A stretch of 64,000 bases of DNA, from NCBI GenBank assembly GCA_964016885.1, contig OZ024752.1, positions 7,068,001 to 7,132,000 of the forward strand, read 5' to 3'. The position numbers were made by a program, and so were the translations under genes. The notes beneath the pieces are model-generated. The model was not told the DNA's origin. It was given only the letters and a program-made list of their open reading frames with translations, and did not search any database. This DNA is from Eledone cirrhosa (lineage: Eukaryota). Shown here piece by piece: positions 1 to 12,622 of the stretch (position 1 is its first letter; each line of letters starts with the position of its first letter).

Positions 1-1305
1 TTACCATATTTCTAATGAAAGACACTGTCTATGTCATTAACCCTTTCATTACCATATTTCTAATGAAAGACACTGTCTATGTCATTAACCCTTTCATTAC
101 CATATTTCTAATGAAAGACACTGTCTATGTCATTAACCCTTTCATTAACATATTTCTAATGAAAGACACTGTCTATGTCATTAACCCTTCCATTACCATA
201 TTTCTAATGAAAGACACTGTCTATGTTATTACCTTTCATTACCATATTTCTAATGAAAGACACTGTCTATGTCATTAACCCTTTCATTACCATATTTCTA
301 ATGAGAGACACTGTCTATGTCATTAACCCTTCCATTACCATATTTCTAATGAAAGACACTGTCTATGTCATTAACCCTTCCATTACCATATTTCTAATGA
401 AAGACACTGTCTATGTCATTAACCCTTCCATTACCATATTTCTAATGAAAGATACTGTCTATGTTATTACCTTTCATTACCATATTTCTAATGAAAGACA
501 CTGTCTATGTTATTAACCCTTTCATTACCATATTTCTAATGAAAGACACTGTCTATGTCATTAACCCTTCCATTACCATATTTCTAATGAAAGACACTGT
601 CTATGTCATTAACCCTTCCATTACCATATTTCTAATGAAAGACACTGTCTATGTTATTACCTTTCATTACCATATTTCTAATGAAAGACACTGTCTATGT
701 CATTAACCCTTTCATTACCATATTTCTAATGAAAGACACTGTCTATGTCATTAACCCTTCCATTACCATATTTCTAATGAAAGACACTGTCTATGTCTTT
801 AACCCTTTCATTACCATATTTCTAATGAAAGACACTGTTTATGTCATTAACCCTTTCATTACCATATTTCTAATGAAAGACACTGTCTATGTCATTAACC
901 CTTCCATTACCATATTTCTAATGAAAGACACTGTCTATGTCTTTAACCCTTTCATTACCATATTTCTAATGAAAGACACTGTTTATGTCATTAACCCTTT
1001 CATTACCATATTTCTAATGAAAGACACTGTCTCTGTCATTAACCCTTTCATTACCATATTTCTAATGAAAGACACTGTCTATGTCATTAACCCTTTCATT
1101 ACCATATTTCTAATGAAAGACACTGTCTATGTCATTAACCCTTTCATTACCATATTTCTAATGAAAGACACTGTCTATGTCTTTAACCCTTTCATTACCA
1201 TATTTCTAATGAAAGACACTGTCTATGTTATTAACCCTTCCATTACTATATTTCTAATGAAAGACACTGTCTATGTTATTACCTTTCATTGCCATATTTC
1301 TAATG
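1..1305 (+). repeat. 48-bp minisatellite (TTAACCCTTTCATTACCATATTTCTAATGAAAGACACTGTCTATGTCA)n, ~27 units, runs off window start
   Basis: Direct tandem periodicity of 48 (16-aa repeating ORFs). Same monomer as 51262-53930. Monomer equals the left end of MITE family B. Confidence 0.97.
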
Positions 1306-1396
1306 TAATAACTGCATATACACATGTACAGATACAAAGCATATGGACACATATAACTCGAAACATCCACACATACAATAACATCCATACATTTAC

Positions 1397-1500
1397 CTAA
1401 TTGATGTGTAAATTCCAATGAAAAGAGTCTTCTGTCTGTGTTAGAAGCCGGCTCCCCCTCTTTCTCTCTCTATTGGTAAAAATATATAAAATAATGAAAC
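1397..1500 (-). other. Candidate non-coding/UTR exon (104 nt)
   Basis: Minus strand gtgtttttcag|GTTTCA...AATTAG|gtaaat. All three frames contain a stop. Confidence 0.3.
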
Positions 1501-2020
1501 CTGAAAAACACACAACACACTCATACATACATACACACATACATACATACACCCCCCCACCCCACCCCACACACACAGACATACTCTCACACACAAACAC
1601 ACACATACATACACACACAACCAATGGCAAAAGATGATTGGAAATAATGTAGTGACTATATCAAATCTTGAGAATGGTTTAAAATCAAATAATGGCTGCT
1701 GACAATAAAAACCAAAAGAACATAATTGAGGAATGACGTGGATTCGTAATAAAAGAAAATAAATTTAAGAAGTTGTTAATGATAAAGTAAGACAGGATAA
1801 AACAAATATTGACAAGAGGCAGTCAATATTTAAGACAGAACTGGATACTAAACAGCATATTTACGAGTATTTACGAGTATATCAATGTTGCCAAATTTAG
1901 GAAATTCTCAAGATGTTTTCTGAAGATATTTCCTCAAGACTCAAAGTTCAATGACTAGACAGGAATTAAAAGAGTTCCAATCAAATCAAATTTTATCTGT
2001 TTAACTCCTTTGATACAAAC

Positions 2021-2178
2021 CAGTCTGGAAACATTCCTGGTTCTATGAGAGGAAACTGTTCTAAAGTGTTCCTATCATCTAAAAAAAAATCTCTATAATT
2101 TTATTTAAGAACCTTGATTCAGTTATGTTCCAAACACCAGCTTAATAATGAGAAAGTTGGTTATATTATTTAACTAAA
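2021..2178 (-). mobile_element. MITE family B right-end fragment
   Basis: Reverse complement aligns to 53990-54128 (ttatgttccaaacaccag, cctggttcta, ttctaaagt). Starts at TTAA. Confidence 0.7.
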
Positions 2179-2369
2179 GGCGGTCGATTGGCAGTATCAG
2201 TAGAGGCTCGGACGCCATGCTTTGCAGCATGGAGTTACGCCCCTTTACGGTCTGATTTCAAATCCCGGTGAGGTTAACTTTGCCTTTCATCCTTACGGAG
2301 TCGAAAAAATAAAGTACCAGTAATGCACTGGGGTAATTGCTGGCTTTGTGCCTAAAATAGAAAAATTAT
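2179..2369 (+). mobile_element. tRNA-derived SINE family A, near full length
   Basis: ttggcagtatc head, B-box-like tttcaaatccc, conserved block ctttgcctttcatcc..gtcga.aaaataaagtaccagt, tail gctggc.ttgtgcc.aaa.tagaaa. Around ten copies in window. Confidence 0.85.
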
Positions 2370-2444
2370 CACCGTTGTTTTTTAAGTAATGAGAGGTTTA
2401 GTGTACTAACTTGCAACTTAGATATTCAACTACTGACATTTAAT

Positions 2445-2725
2445 TTCTTCTTCACCTACTTCTTCCTGAGAGGGTCATGAGGGCAGAGTCCTTCAACACT
2501 CCTTCCAGTGGGTCCTGTCAGAAGCAACTGTCTCCAATTGATCTGGCTGGATACCCAAGCAGTACCAACCATCTTGGTCAAGGTCTACCTCAGGGTCTCC
2601 TGCCAGTTGGTTTTGCCCATAAAATCTTTTTTTCCCCCCTGAGACATTCTAACCACATACCTATAAATATTGGAGCTGTGATCTCTCGATTCAGAGAAGT
2701 AGCAGCTCTACCTGGTGTGACTCTC
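2445..2725 (-). mobile_element. Degenerate RTE (Rex3/Expander-like) LINE 3' fragment
   Basis: Reverse complement of 59370-59665. Encodes decayed HVVRMS..WAKPTGRRP.GRP with a GAA-rich tail. Confidence 0.75.
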
Positions 2726-3408
2726 TCAAGTAACATTACCCCAAAGACCTGTCATAGGAACTATTCACATATCTGCCATGAGATTTCAGTTCAAGATTTG
2801 ACCACATCAGACCTTCTGCAACCATATTTGAAGCAAGGATATACTCTGCCTTTGTGTTTTAATTATCAAAATAAGAGTTATGTGAGGTACAGTGAACTAA
2901 CTGACATTCACTTTAATATTTAAAGGAAAATATTTAACAACTGAAATCTAATGTGTTATGAAATTTCAATCAAAGGTTTTGATTTGAATTTGAACACTTT
3001 ATTAAAGGTGTCTTCAGGCAAGTTGCTACATAAAGGGTTAAATGTTGAAACACTAAAAGCTGAGATCATTACTATGTTATGATATTCCACTAGTGAATTC
3101 CTAAACAAATATTTCAGTAGAACTTTTAAATTGAGATTGTTGTCATATGAAGAAATGTGTGCTTTATCACTGAAGCATTCAAGTTAATTTCCCAAGGCTA
3201 CACAGTAGAATTGGTCAGCACTGATCAAGATAACTGAAGTCCAATATTGTTATAAACCCAGGAAAATATTAGTATTATCAAATAAGGGTTTCTAATATTG
3301 ACACAGGACCAGTAATGGGGGAGGGGGAGGGTTATATCAACACCATTACTTAAGTTGTATTTTATTAACCTTGGAAAGATGGAAGGTAAAGGTGACCTCA
3401 ACAGGATG

Positions 3409-4005
3409 GAAGGTTATGTCTTTCACTACAGATCACCAATACGAGGAAGGTTATGTCTTTCACTACAGATCACCAATACGAGGAAGGTTATGTCTTTCAC
3501 TACAGATCACCAATACGAGGAAGGTTATGTCTTTCACTACAGATCATCAATACGAGGAAGGTTATGTCTTTCACTACAGATCACCAATACGAGGAGGGTT
3601 ATGTCTTTCACTACAGATCACCAATACGAAGAAGGTTATGTCTTTCACTACAGATCACCAATACGAAGAAGGTTATGTCTTTCACTACAGATCACCAACA
3701 CGAGGAGGGTTATGTCTTTCACTACAGATCACCAACACGAAGAGGGTTATGTCTTTCACTACAGATCAACATGAGGAGAGTTATGTCTTTCACTAGAGAT
3801 CACCAATACGAGGAAGGTTATGTCTTTCACTAGAGATCACCAATACGAGGAAGGTTATGTCTTTCACTAGAGATCACCAATACGAGGAAGGTTATGTCTT
3901 TCACTACAGATCAACACGAGGGTTATGTCTTTCACTACAGATCACCAGCATGAGGAGAGTTATGTCTTCCACGGCAGATCACCAATACGAGGAGGGTTAT
4001 GTCTG
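3409..4005 (+). repeat. 37-bp minisatellite (GGAAGGTTATGTCTTTCACTACAGATCACCAATACGA)n, ~16 units
   Basis: Tandem period 37. Begins where a decayed minus-strand SINE-A (3290-3408) breaks off. Confidence 0.95.
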
Positions 4006-4137
4006 ACACAACTAACGAACCCTTCTATTTGTTCAGCTTATATATTTACATATAATAAACATAACAGGGAAAACATGTTAAATGATGACAGTAAGGATGA
4101 CAATCTCTGAGTATTTTAAGCTGTCATCAATATACAT

Positions 4138-4366
4138 TTAACCCTTTAGCATTTAAAACGGCTGTATCTGGCCAGAATTCTCTCACCTCTTTCTGTTCAA
4201 ACTGACCATAACCAGCTGCTCATACTGATGTTAAGGCATTGTTCTCAAAATAAATAACATTAAAATCTCGTTGATTCGATACTATGCAAGATAATTATGT
4301 AAGTTAAAGCTTTTACCACAAAAATACAATAGTATATATAGAGTAATGTAAATGGTAAAGGGTTAA
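4138..4366 (+). mobile_element. Non-autonomous piggyBac-like MITE family A
   Basis: TTAA-CCCTTTAGCATTTA ... TAAATGGTAAAGGG-TTAA: terminal inverted repeats with CCC/GGG ends and TTAA on both sides. Confidence 0.85.
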
Positions 4367-4916
4367 GAAGGCTATATATATATATATTTTTCAGGATTTT
4401 TATCCATCTTCAGTAAATACTTCCTTACTATAGGATACCGAGATATGGAAACATCATCGTCTATAAATGTTGAAAATAATCTATTTTGGTTGACAGCTTG
4501 ACTGGCTAGTATTAATTAGTACTAACACAGTGTAATTCAAAATAGAGGTGTATATGAACCCATATTCCATATGTTTATGTATAATAAACCTACATATAGT
4601 CTCATTGGGACTATTTTAAACTATCATCATATATCTACCTTGGTATCAATAATTCGGAACAGAGAGGTATATATACCCATGTATGTTTATGTATAATAGT
4701 CTCACATCCTGTACCATATGAAACCACATTATCAAGACAATCTTGTGAAGCATTACATTAAAAATTAAAGTTTTTACTCTGATATTTCAAATTTCCACAA
4801 CAATCTGTCCAATAGTAAAGATACTATAAACATTTGAATTAACAGAACCATTTGTAGGTAGAGTCTGCTACATCATTACAAGAAACAGCAAGACATTTTT
4901 CAAAAGTACTAAACAG

Positions 4917-5016
4917 CACTACTACTACTGCCACTACTACCACTACCACCACCACCACCACCACTACTACCACCACTACCACCACCACCACCACCACTAC
5001 TACTACCACCACTACC
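4917..5016 (+). repeat. (CAC/TAC)n trinucleotide microsatellite
   Basis: Direct. Confidence 0.95.
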
Positions 5017-5145
5017 AAGTTATCCACTTCTTTGTGGTAACAATAAAACCATTCCATCTCACACAATCCAACATTAACAGCCTCAGTTCTTCAGACAATT
5101 CTGTATCTTCCTCAATGAGTATCTTTTGTAGGTAATTATAGTGAC

Positions 5146-5310
5146 ATTGCCGATGAATTGGCAGAGTTATTTGAACATCAGACAAAGTCTTTGCAGTATT
5201 CTTTCCAACTCTTGGAGTTCAAATCTCACCAAGGTCAACTTTGCCTTTCATCCATTCCAGGTCAATAAAAAAGAACCAGTCCAGTACTGGGATTGATTCT
5301 TCCTCTAAAT
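5146..5310 (+). mobile_element. SINE family A copy
   Basis: ttggcagag..gagttcaaatc..ctttgcctttcatcc..aaccagt. Confidence 0.75.
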
Positions 5311-5366
5311 CTCTTTCTCTCTCTCTCTATCTCTCCATATATATATATATATATATATCATATATA

Positions 5367-5701
5367 TCATCATCATTTCATTTTACGTTCGCTTTTCCCT
5401 ACTTGCCAGGGTGGGACAGGAACTGATTCTGGCTTGATTTCTACAGCTGGATGCCCTTCCTAACACCAACCTCATTTACAGTAAGTGCTGGGTGCTTTTT
5501 TGCCGTGGCACCTCTACGTCCACTTTGCAGTGGAATGATATGGACCCCAGTCCCTATCATCTCATTTCTACAGCTGAGTAAACTGGAGCAATGTGAAATA
5601 AAGTGTCTTGCTCAAGGACACAACACATCACCTGGTCTGAGAATTGAACTTACAACCTTTCGATTGCAAGGCCAATGCTCTAACCACTAAGCCATGTGGC
5701 T

Positions 5702-5702
<1 letters not shown>
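5367..5702 (-). mobile_element. tRNA-CORE SINE with RTE-derived tail, full length
   Basis: Minus strand: A box TGGCTTAGTGG, B box AGTTCAATTC, CORE-like CCTTGAGCAAGACACTTTATTTCAC..CAGTTTACTCAGCTGTAGAAATG, RTE-type tail, (ATG)n end. Confidence 0.88.
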
Positions 5703-5739
<37 letters not shown>

Positions 5740-5823
5740 ATACTTTGGGGAGGGTCATGTTGCCAAAATCGGTTTCAACACACAATTTCAGATAAAGAAT
5801 CTTGCGAAACAAATTCAGAAACG

Positions 5824-5872
<49 letters not shown>

Positions 5873-6039
5873 ACCAGTCTACTACTGGGGTCAATTCTTC
5901 CTCTATATCTTTCTCTGGAAGAAATCTGCTGTATTCAGATCTGGAGAGGAGATGGACTCTACCAGGTTTAAAATGCCGTAGAAATGCTGTATGTCAATAG
6001 AGTGCCCCTCCAACTCCCTCAAAAGTTGCAGGACCATAT

Positions 6040-6246
6040 CCTACCCTACCATACCATACCATAATCACACCACACCCCACCCTACCATACCACACCCTAC
6101 CCTACTATACCCTACCATAATCACACCACACCATAACATACTATACCACACCCTATCCTACCACCCTACCTACCACACTACACCCCACCACACTACACCT
6201 CACCCTCCACCCTACCATACCATACCACACCCCACCATAACCACAC
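6040..6246 (+). repeat. Degenerate (CCAYA/CCACA) pentamer repeat
   Basis: Direct low-complexity periodicity. Confidence 0.85.
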
Positions 6247-6561
6247 TGCCAGGTATTGACAACAGCAATATACATTACATTAAAAATTAAAGTCTAATTT
6301 ATTGCAAATTTCTGCATCAATCTGTCCACCACACGATAATAAATAAATTTGAATTAATGAACCTATTTTTAGATATTTTTCTGCTAAATCATTACAGGAT
6401 GTTACAAGTTAAGCTGCCACCCTGTCACAACTCTCAATACTGTCATATAGTTTCATTACAGGTGCTTTAGTATCAAACAAACTTAGTAATCAAAGATCTC
6501 AATAATTTAATTCTATCAAAACAAACAAAAACATAGATAATAAAGTAAAAATATATTTTAC

Positions 6562-6591
6562 CAGACACTCAACTCTGATGTTTGTACTCAC
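6562..6591 (-). other. Candidate 30-nt microexon / recursive-splice (AG|GTGAGT) site
   Basis: Minus strand tttattttgtttatttcag|GTGAGTACAAACATCAGAGTTGAGTGTCTG|gtaaaa. Frame 0 is open (VSTNIRVECL). Confidence 0.4.
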
Positions 6592-6677
6592 CTGAAATAA
6601 ACAAAATAAATACATAAATATTCTGGAAGGCATTTTTGATATTTAATTTTTTTTAAATTATATATAATGAATATAAA

Positions 6678-6855
6678 GAGTAGAGGAAGATCAAGGAAGA
6701 CCTGGATGGAAGTGGTGAGAACTGATCCTAGATCACTGGGGCTCACGGAAGTGGTGAGAACTGATCCTAGATCACTGGGGCTCATGGAAGTGGTGAGAAC
6801 TGATCCCAGATCACTGGGGCTCAGGGAAGAGATTACAAAGGAACATGACAAGTAA
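6678..6855 (+). mobile_element. RTE ORF 3' end fragment with internal 39-bp triplication
   Basis: RGRSRKTWM(EVVRTDPRSLGLx)x3 EEITKEHD matches the RTE C-terminal GRPRKTW motif also seen at ~13246. Confidence 0.75.
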
Positions 6856-7135
6856 AGAGATGTAAAGAGAAGTAAAGAGATGTACTGAGATGTAAATGTA
6901 AAATGATTATGATGATGATAAACACTAAGATAAACAGCTTTCTATAAAAGAATCAAGGGTGGTTTCAAGCAACTTCGTATGAAAAGTGTTAAACCAAAGA
7001 CATGGTTCAAATACATGCAGCAGATTGAACTCCACTAAAGACACCCAAGAGCCATTATCACTATTTTATGTTCACTATCCATGCTAGAATGGACTGGATG
7101 GGTTGTCATGGTCTGAGACATGATGGCCACACATG

Positions 7136-7500
7136 CTGTATCTTCCTCAATAAGTACTTTTTGAAGGTTATTATAGTCACATTGTCAGTAAATTGGCAGA
7201 GAGGTTAGAATGTTGGATAAAGTACTTTAAGGTATTCCAGCTCTCAGAGTTCAAATCTTGCTGAAGTCAACTTTGCCTTTCATCCTTTCAAGATCAATAA
7301 AATAATAAAAGTACCAGTCAAGTACTGGGGTCGATTCTTCTTCTATATCTCTTTCTCATCACTTTCTATCTATCTCTGGAAGAAATCCTCTGTACTCCAG
7401 CCTGGAGGGAGATGGTCTCTGCCAGGCTTAAAATCTCTGAGAAGCAGCAGACGTTAATAAAGCACCTATGACTTCCTCAGGAGTTTCGGGACCATATCCA
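7136..7500 (+). mobile_element. SINE-A plus ~170-bp 3' extension (composite dispersed repeat)
   Basis: Collinear with 5101-5310 plus 5868-6040, and with minus-strand 20100-20400. Confidence 0.7.
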
Positions 7501-7774
7501 CACCTCCCAAAATCCCCCAACATATGACAGGTGACAAGCTAGCATTAAATATTGCCTTATCTCCACTAAGTTTCTACAAGTTGAAATAAAAGAGGAAATT
7601 CTTTGAATTATGTTCAACACATTATAAAGAGAAGAATTCCTCTCAACTCCAGAATATTTATTGATTCACAGAAGTAGTTGGACATTTCTAGTATATTCTA
7701 GAATTTCTTTACATCATTGATTGATCAATTGCAGTGTTGGTTTAATATAGAGAAAGAGAGAGATATAGTTAACA

Positions 7775-8195
7775 TCGCCAGCAACAACAGCAACATTAAC
7801 AGTCCCCAACGCCACCACCATTAACAGCCCCCAACACCACCACCATCAACAGCAACAACACCACCACCAACACCACCAACAACACCACCACCACCACCAC
7901 CACCATCAGTCAGCACCATTATCAACTCCCCCACCAGCAACACCACCAACAAAAACCTTACTATCACCACCACCATCACCACCATCAATCTTATCACCAT
8001 CATCATCCCCACCATCACCAACAACCTTACTACCATCACTACCACCACCACAATCATCATCATCCCCCACCACCACCTCAATCATCACTACCACCACCAC
8101 TCCCATCACCACCACCACTCCCACTCTCATCACCACCATCACCACCACCACTCCCCCACCACCATCACCACCACAATCATCACCCCCACCACCAG
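7775..8195 (+). repeat. Degenerate (CAC/CAT/CAA)n microsatellite
   Basis: Direct. Confidence 0.9.
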
Positions 8196-8408
8196 ATACA
8201 CAAGAACCTACATATGTATTATTACCATCTTACAGCAGAAACTGCATAGCAACAGTTGTAACATGAACTTAGACTTATCTGATTCATAAAAGCTTTAAAA
8301 AAATATGCTCCTGTTGATGATAATGGTGTGTGTGTGTGTGTGTGTGTCTGTGTGCGTGTGTGAAAAAGAGAGAAAGAAAGATTTTCCAAGCAAAAAATTG
8401 TAGATTGA

Positions 8409-8451
8409 TTAACTCTTTCATCCCAATATTTCTAACGAAAGACACTGTCTC
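8409..8451 (+). repeat. Solo diverged monomer of the 48-bp satellite / MITE-B left end
   Basis: ttaactctttcatcccaatatttctaacgaaagacactgtctc. Confidence 0.75.
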
Positions 8452-8808
8452 GATGGGATCGGTGGTCAGCTTCTTGCTGCCCTGAAGTCTCTATACAAAT
8501 ACTCGAGTATTTGTGTTCAGATAAATGGAGCTAAATTGAAACAATTCAGTGTGGGACTCTGCCAATGGTATGTACTGTCACCTCTCCTGTTCATTATTTG
8601 CATGAACAGGGTTGACATGCACAGCCAGGTTGGAAGTGGTATCATGACTGGCAGGTGTAATGTCAGTTGGCTGGAACTTGCAGGTGACATGTGTTGTTTT
8701 ATTCAACAGAAGTTGATCGCTGACTTGCACTTGATAGGTTTGATGCCAAGTGCTGCATGGCTGGATTGAAATCAGTGCTGCAAAAACTGAGACACTTGTT
8801 CTCTCAAG
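8452..8808 (+). mobile_element. Decayed RTE (Rex3/Expander-like) reverse transcriptase fragment
   Basis: GIGGQLLAALKSLY..VQING..SVGLCQWYVLSPLLFIICMNRV..(L)AGDM..EISAAKTETLVLS matches the RT GxxQGxxLSPLLF and FADD regions, with frameshifts. Confidence 0.85.
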
Positions 8809-9520
8809 TCTTGCCACACTCAACCATGACAACCTTGCCACACTCAACCACGACAACCTTGCCACACTCAACCACGACAACCTTGCCACACTCAACCACG
8901 ACAACCTTGCCACACTCAACCACGACAACCTTGCCACACTCAACCACGACAATCTTGCCACACTCAACCACGACAATCTTGCCACACTCAACCACGACAA
9001 TCTTGCCACACTCAACCACGACAATCTTACCATGCTCAACCACGACAATCTTACCACACTCAACCACGACAATCTTACCACACTCAACCACAACAATCTT
9101 GCCACACTCAACCACAACAATCTTGCCACACTCAACCATGGCAATCTTGCCACACTCAACCACGACAATCTTGCCACACTCAACCACGACAATCTTGCCA
9201 CACTCAACCACGACAATCTTGCCACACTCAACCGCGACAATCTTGCCACACTCAACCGCGACAATCTTGCCACACTCAACCATGACAACCTTGCCACACT
9301 CAACCACGACAGCCTTGCCACACTCAACCACGACAACCTTGCCACACTCAACCACGACAGCCTTGCCACACTCAACCACAACAATCTTGCCACACTCAGC
9401 CACGACAATTTTGCCACACTCACCCAGGACAACCTTGCCACACTCACCCAGGACAACCTTGCCACACTCACCCAGGACAACCTTGCCACACTCACCCAGG
9501 ACAACCTTGCCACACTCACC
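8809..9520 (+). repeat. 24-bp minisatellite (CTTGCCACACTCAACCACGACAAY)n, ~30 units
   Basis: Period 24 (8-aa repeat ORFs). Starts where the RT fragment ends. Confidence 0.96.
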
Positions 9521-9885
9521 CATTTTTCACATCAACATCAACAACAGATATTTACAACTACTTTGAAAATGAAAATATTTTTTCATTAGGCCCAATAACA
9601 CAGTGTCTACATTTGACATACATTGCTAGCTTTTATATGTTTTATATGTATTATTAAAGCTTTCTATGTATTATTACTGTTTTATATTTATTACTGTTTT
9701 ATATGTATTTTTTATTGTTTTATATATATATATTGTTTTATATATATTATTCCCGTGTGAGTGTGTTATACATTTGGGTGGCATCAAGTTTAAAGTTTAA
9801 AAAAGCCAGAGGGAGAATAAAGAAATATATAAATACAGAAGCCATTAACAGGAATTCAAACTCAATCAGTGGAATACATCAACAT

Positions 9886-9952
9886 TACACACATACATAT
9901 ATCTGTATATATATATATATATATATATACATATGTATATATATATACACAC

Positions 9953-9993
<41 letters not shown>

Positions 9994-10549
9994 TATATAC
10001 ACACATGTATATATATATATATATACACACATATATACACACATATGTATATATATATACATACATATGTATATATATATATATACATACACACATATAT
10101 ACACACATATGTATATATATATACATACATATGTATATATATATATATACATACACACATATATACACACATGTATATATATATATACATATATACATAC
10201 ATATGTATACATATATACACACATGTATATATATATACATATATACATACATATGTATATATATATATACACATATATACACACATGTATATATATATAT
10301 ATACACATATATACACACATGTATATATATATATATATACACATATATACACATGTATATATATTTATACACATATATACACACGTATGTATATATATAC
10401 ACATATATACACATGTATATATATTTATACACATATATACACATGTATATATATTTATACACATATATACACACATATGTATATATATATATACACATGT
10501 ATACACACATATGTATATATATATATACATATATATATACACACATATG

Positions 10550-10580
<31 letters not shown>

Positions 10581-10601
10581 GTATATATATACACACATAT
10601 G

Positions 10602-10632
<31 letters not shown>

Positions 10633-10739
10633 GTATATATATATACACATACATATATACATCAACAATACATACATACATTTGTACATAAATACCTACA
10701 TACATACATACAAGCATATTTATACATACACACATGCAA

Positions 10740-10773
<34 letters not shown>

Positions 10774-10885
10774 AGGGTGAGAAAGAGAGAGAGAGAGAGA
10801 GAGTGAGAAAGAGAGAGAGAGAGAGAGAGAGTGAGAAAGAGAGAGAGAGAGAGTGAGAGAGAGTGAGAGGGGGGGGGGGGGGAGA
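9886..10885 (+). repeat. (TA/CA)n compound microsatellite followed by (GA)n and poly-G
   Basis: Direct. Confidence 0.95.
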
Positions 10886-10969
10886 TTTCCTTTTGAAGAT
10901 TTAAATATTAGGAAGCAACTAAACTTCCAAGGAAGAAAATAGTAGCTTCTTGCATACCTACTCCAGTGA

Positions 10970-11665
10970 TCAACAACAGTACTACCACCACCACCACCAC
11001 TACTACTACCACTACTACCAACACTACTAACAACAACAGTACTACCACCACCACCACTACTACTACCACTACTACTACCAACACTACTAACAACAACAGT
11101 ACTACCACCACCACCATCACCACCACTACTACCACTACTACCAACACTACTAACAACAACAGTACTACCACCACCACCACTACTACCATACTACCAACAC
11201 TACTAACAACAACAGTACTACCACCACCACCACCACTACTACCATACTACCAACAGTACTACCACCACCACCACCACTACTACCATACTACCAACAGTAC
11301 TACCACCACCACCACTACTACCATACTACCAACACTACTAACAACAACAGTACCTCCAACACCACCACCACCACTACTAACAACAGCAGTACTAACAACA
11401 ACAGTACTACCACCACCACCACTACTACTACCAACACTACCAACAACAGTACTACCACCACCACTACTACTACCAACAACAACTTCACCACCACCATCAC
11501 CAATAGTACAACTACTAACCTCTTCAACAAACTAATACCAACCACACTGCCAGCCACCATACTACCACCACTACTAACCACACCACCAACAACAACACTA
11601 GTACCAAACACACCACCACCAGTAACCACATTGCCCCCACCCCCCAACCCACCCCACCACCACCA
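10970..11665 (+). repeat. (CAC/TAC/AAC)n compound repeat with ~60-bp higher-order units
   Basis: aacaacagtactaccaccacc recurs at 60-bp spacing, 10972-11170. Confidence 0.92.
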
Positions 11666-11909
11666 TCATTCCTGGTGCCATCCTGGTACCATTCCTCAAT
11701 ACTGAAGGTAGAAATCACTACATGTCAAACTACTGAGCAGTGGGACCTCTCTTTCTGCAGTATGTAAATAAATATCACCACATGTCACAACAAATATGAA
11801 CCAAGCATACATACATACACACCCACACATACACACATACACACACACACACACACACGTATATGGTGAACTTCCACAACATTTCCGTCTAACAAATCAC
11901 TTTTAAAGC

Positions 11910-12622
11910 ATATTATATATTCAGTTATATACCACATGTTATATATTCAGTTATATACCACATGTTATATATTCAGTTATATACCACATGTTATATATTC
12001 AGTTATATACCACATATTATATATTCAGTTATATACCACATATATATTCAGTTGTATACCACATATTATATATTCAGTTATATGCCACATATTATATATT
12101 CAGTTATATGCCACATATTATATATTCAGTTATATGCCACATATTATATATTCAGTTATATGCCACATGTTATATATTCAGTTATATGCCACATGTTATA
12201 TATTCAGTTATATACCACATATTATATATTCAGTTATATACCACATATTATATATTCAGTTATATGCCACATGTTATATATTCAGTTATATGCCACATGT
12301 TATATATTCAGTTATATACCACATGTTATATATTCAGTTATATACCACATGTTATATATTCAGTTATATACCACATATTATATATTCAGTTATATGCCAC
12401 ATATTATATATTCAGTTATATGCCACATATTATATATTCAGTTATTACCACATATTATATATTCAGTAATATACCACATATATATTCAATTATATACCAC
12501 ATATATATTCAATTATATACCACATATTATATAGTCAGTAATATACCACATATTATATATTCAATTATATACCACATATTATATATTCAGTTATATACCA
12601 CATATTATATATTCAGTTATAT
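11910..12622 (+). repeat. 26-bp minisatellite (ATATTATATATTCAGTTATATRCCAC)n, ~27 units
   Basis: Period 26. Abuts the 5' truncation point of the RTE LINE. Confidence 0.95.

Noticed and set aside
4839-5135. Possible host exon on the minus strand
   Set aside because: The peptide (ILIEEDTELSEELRLLMLDCVRW) looks like an RTE ORF end, and the rest is microsatellite.
8578-9589. Mucin- or antifreeze-like repeat ORFs
   Set aside because: Open in several frames on both strands because the 24-bp unit lacks stops. No signal peptide or splice context, and it abuts a dead RT fragment.
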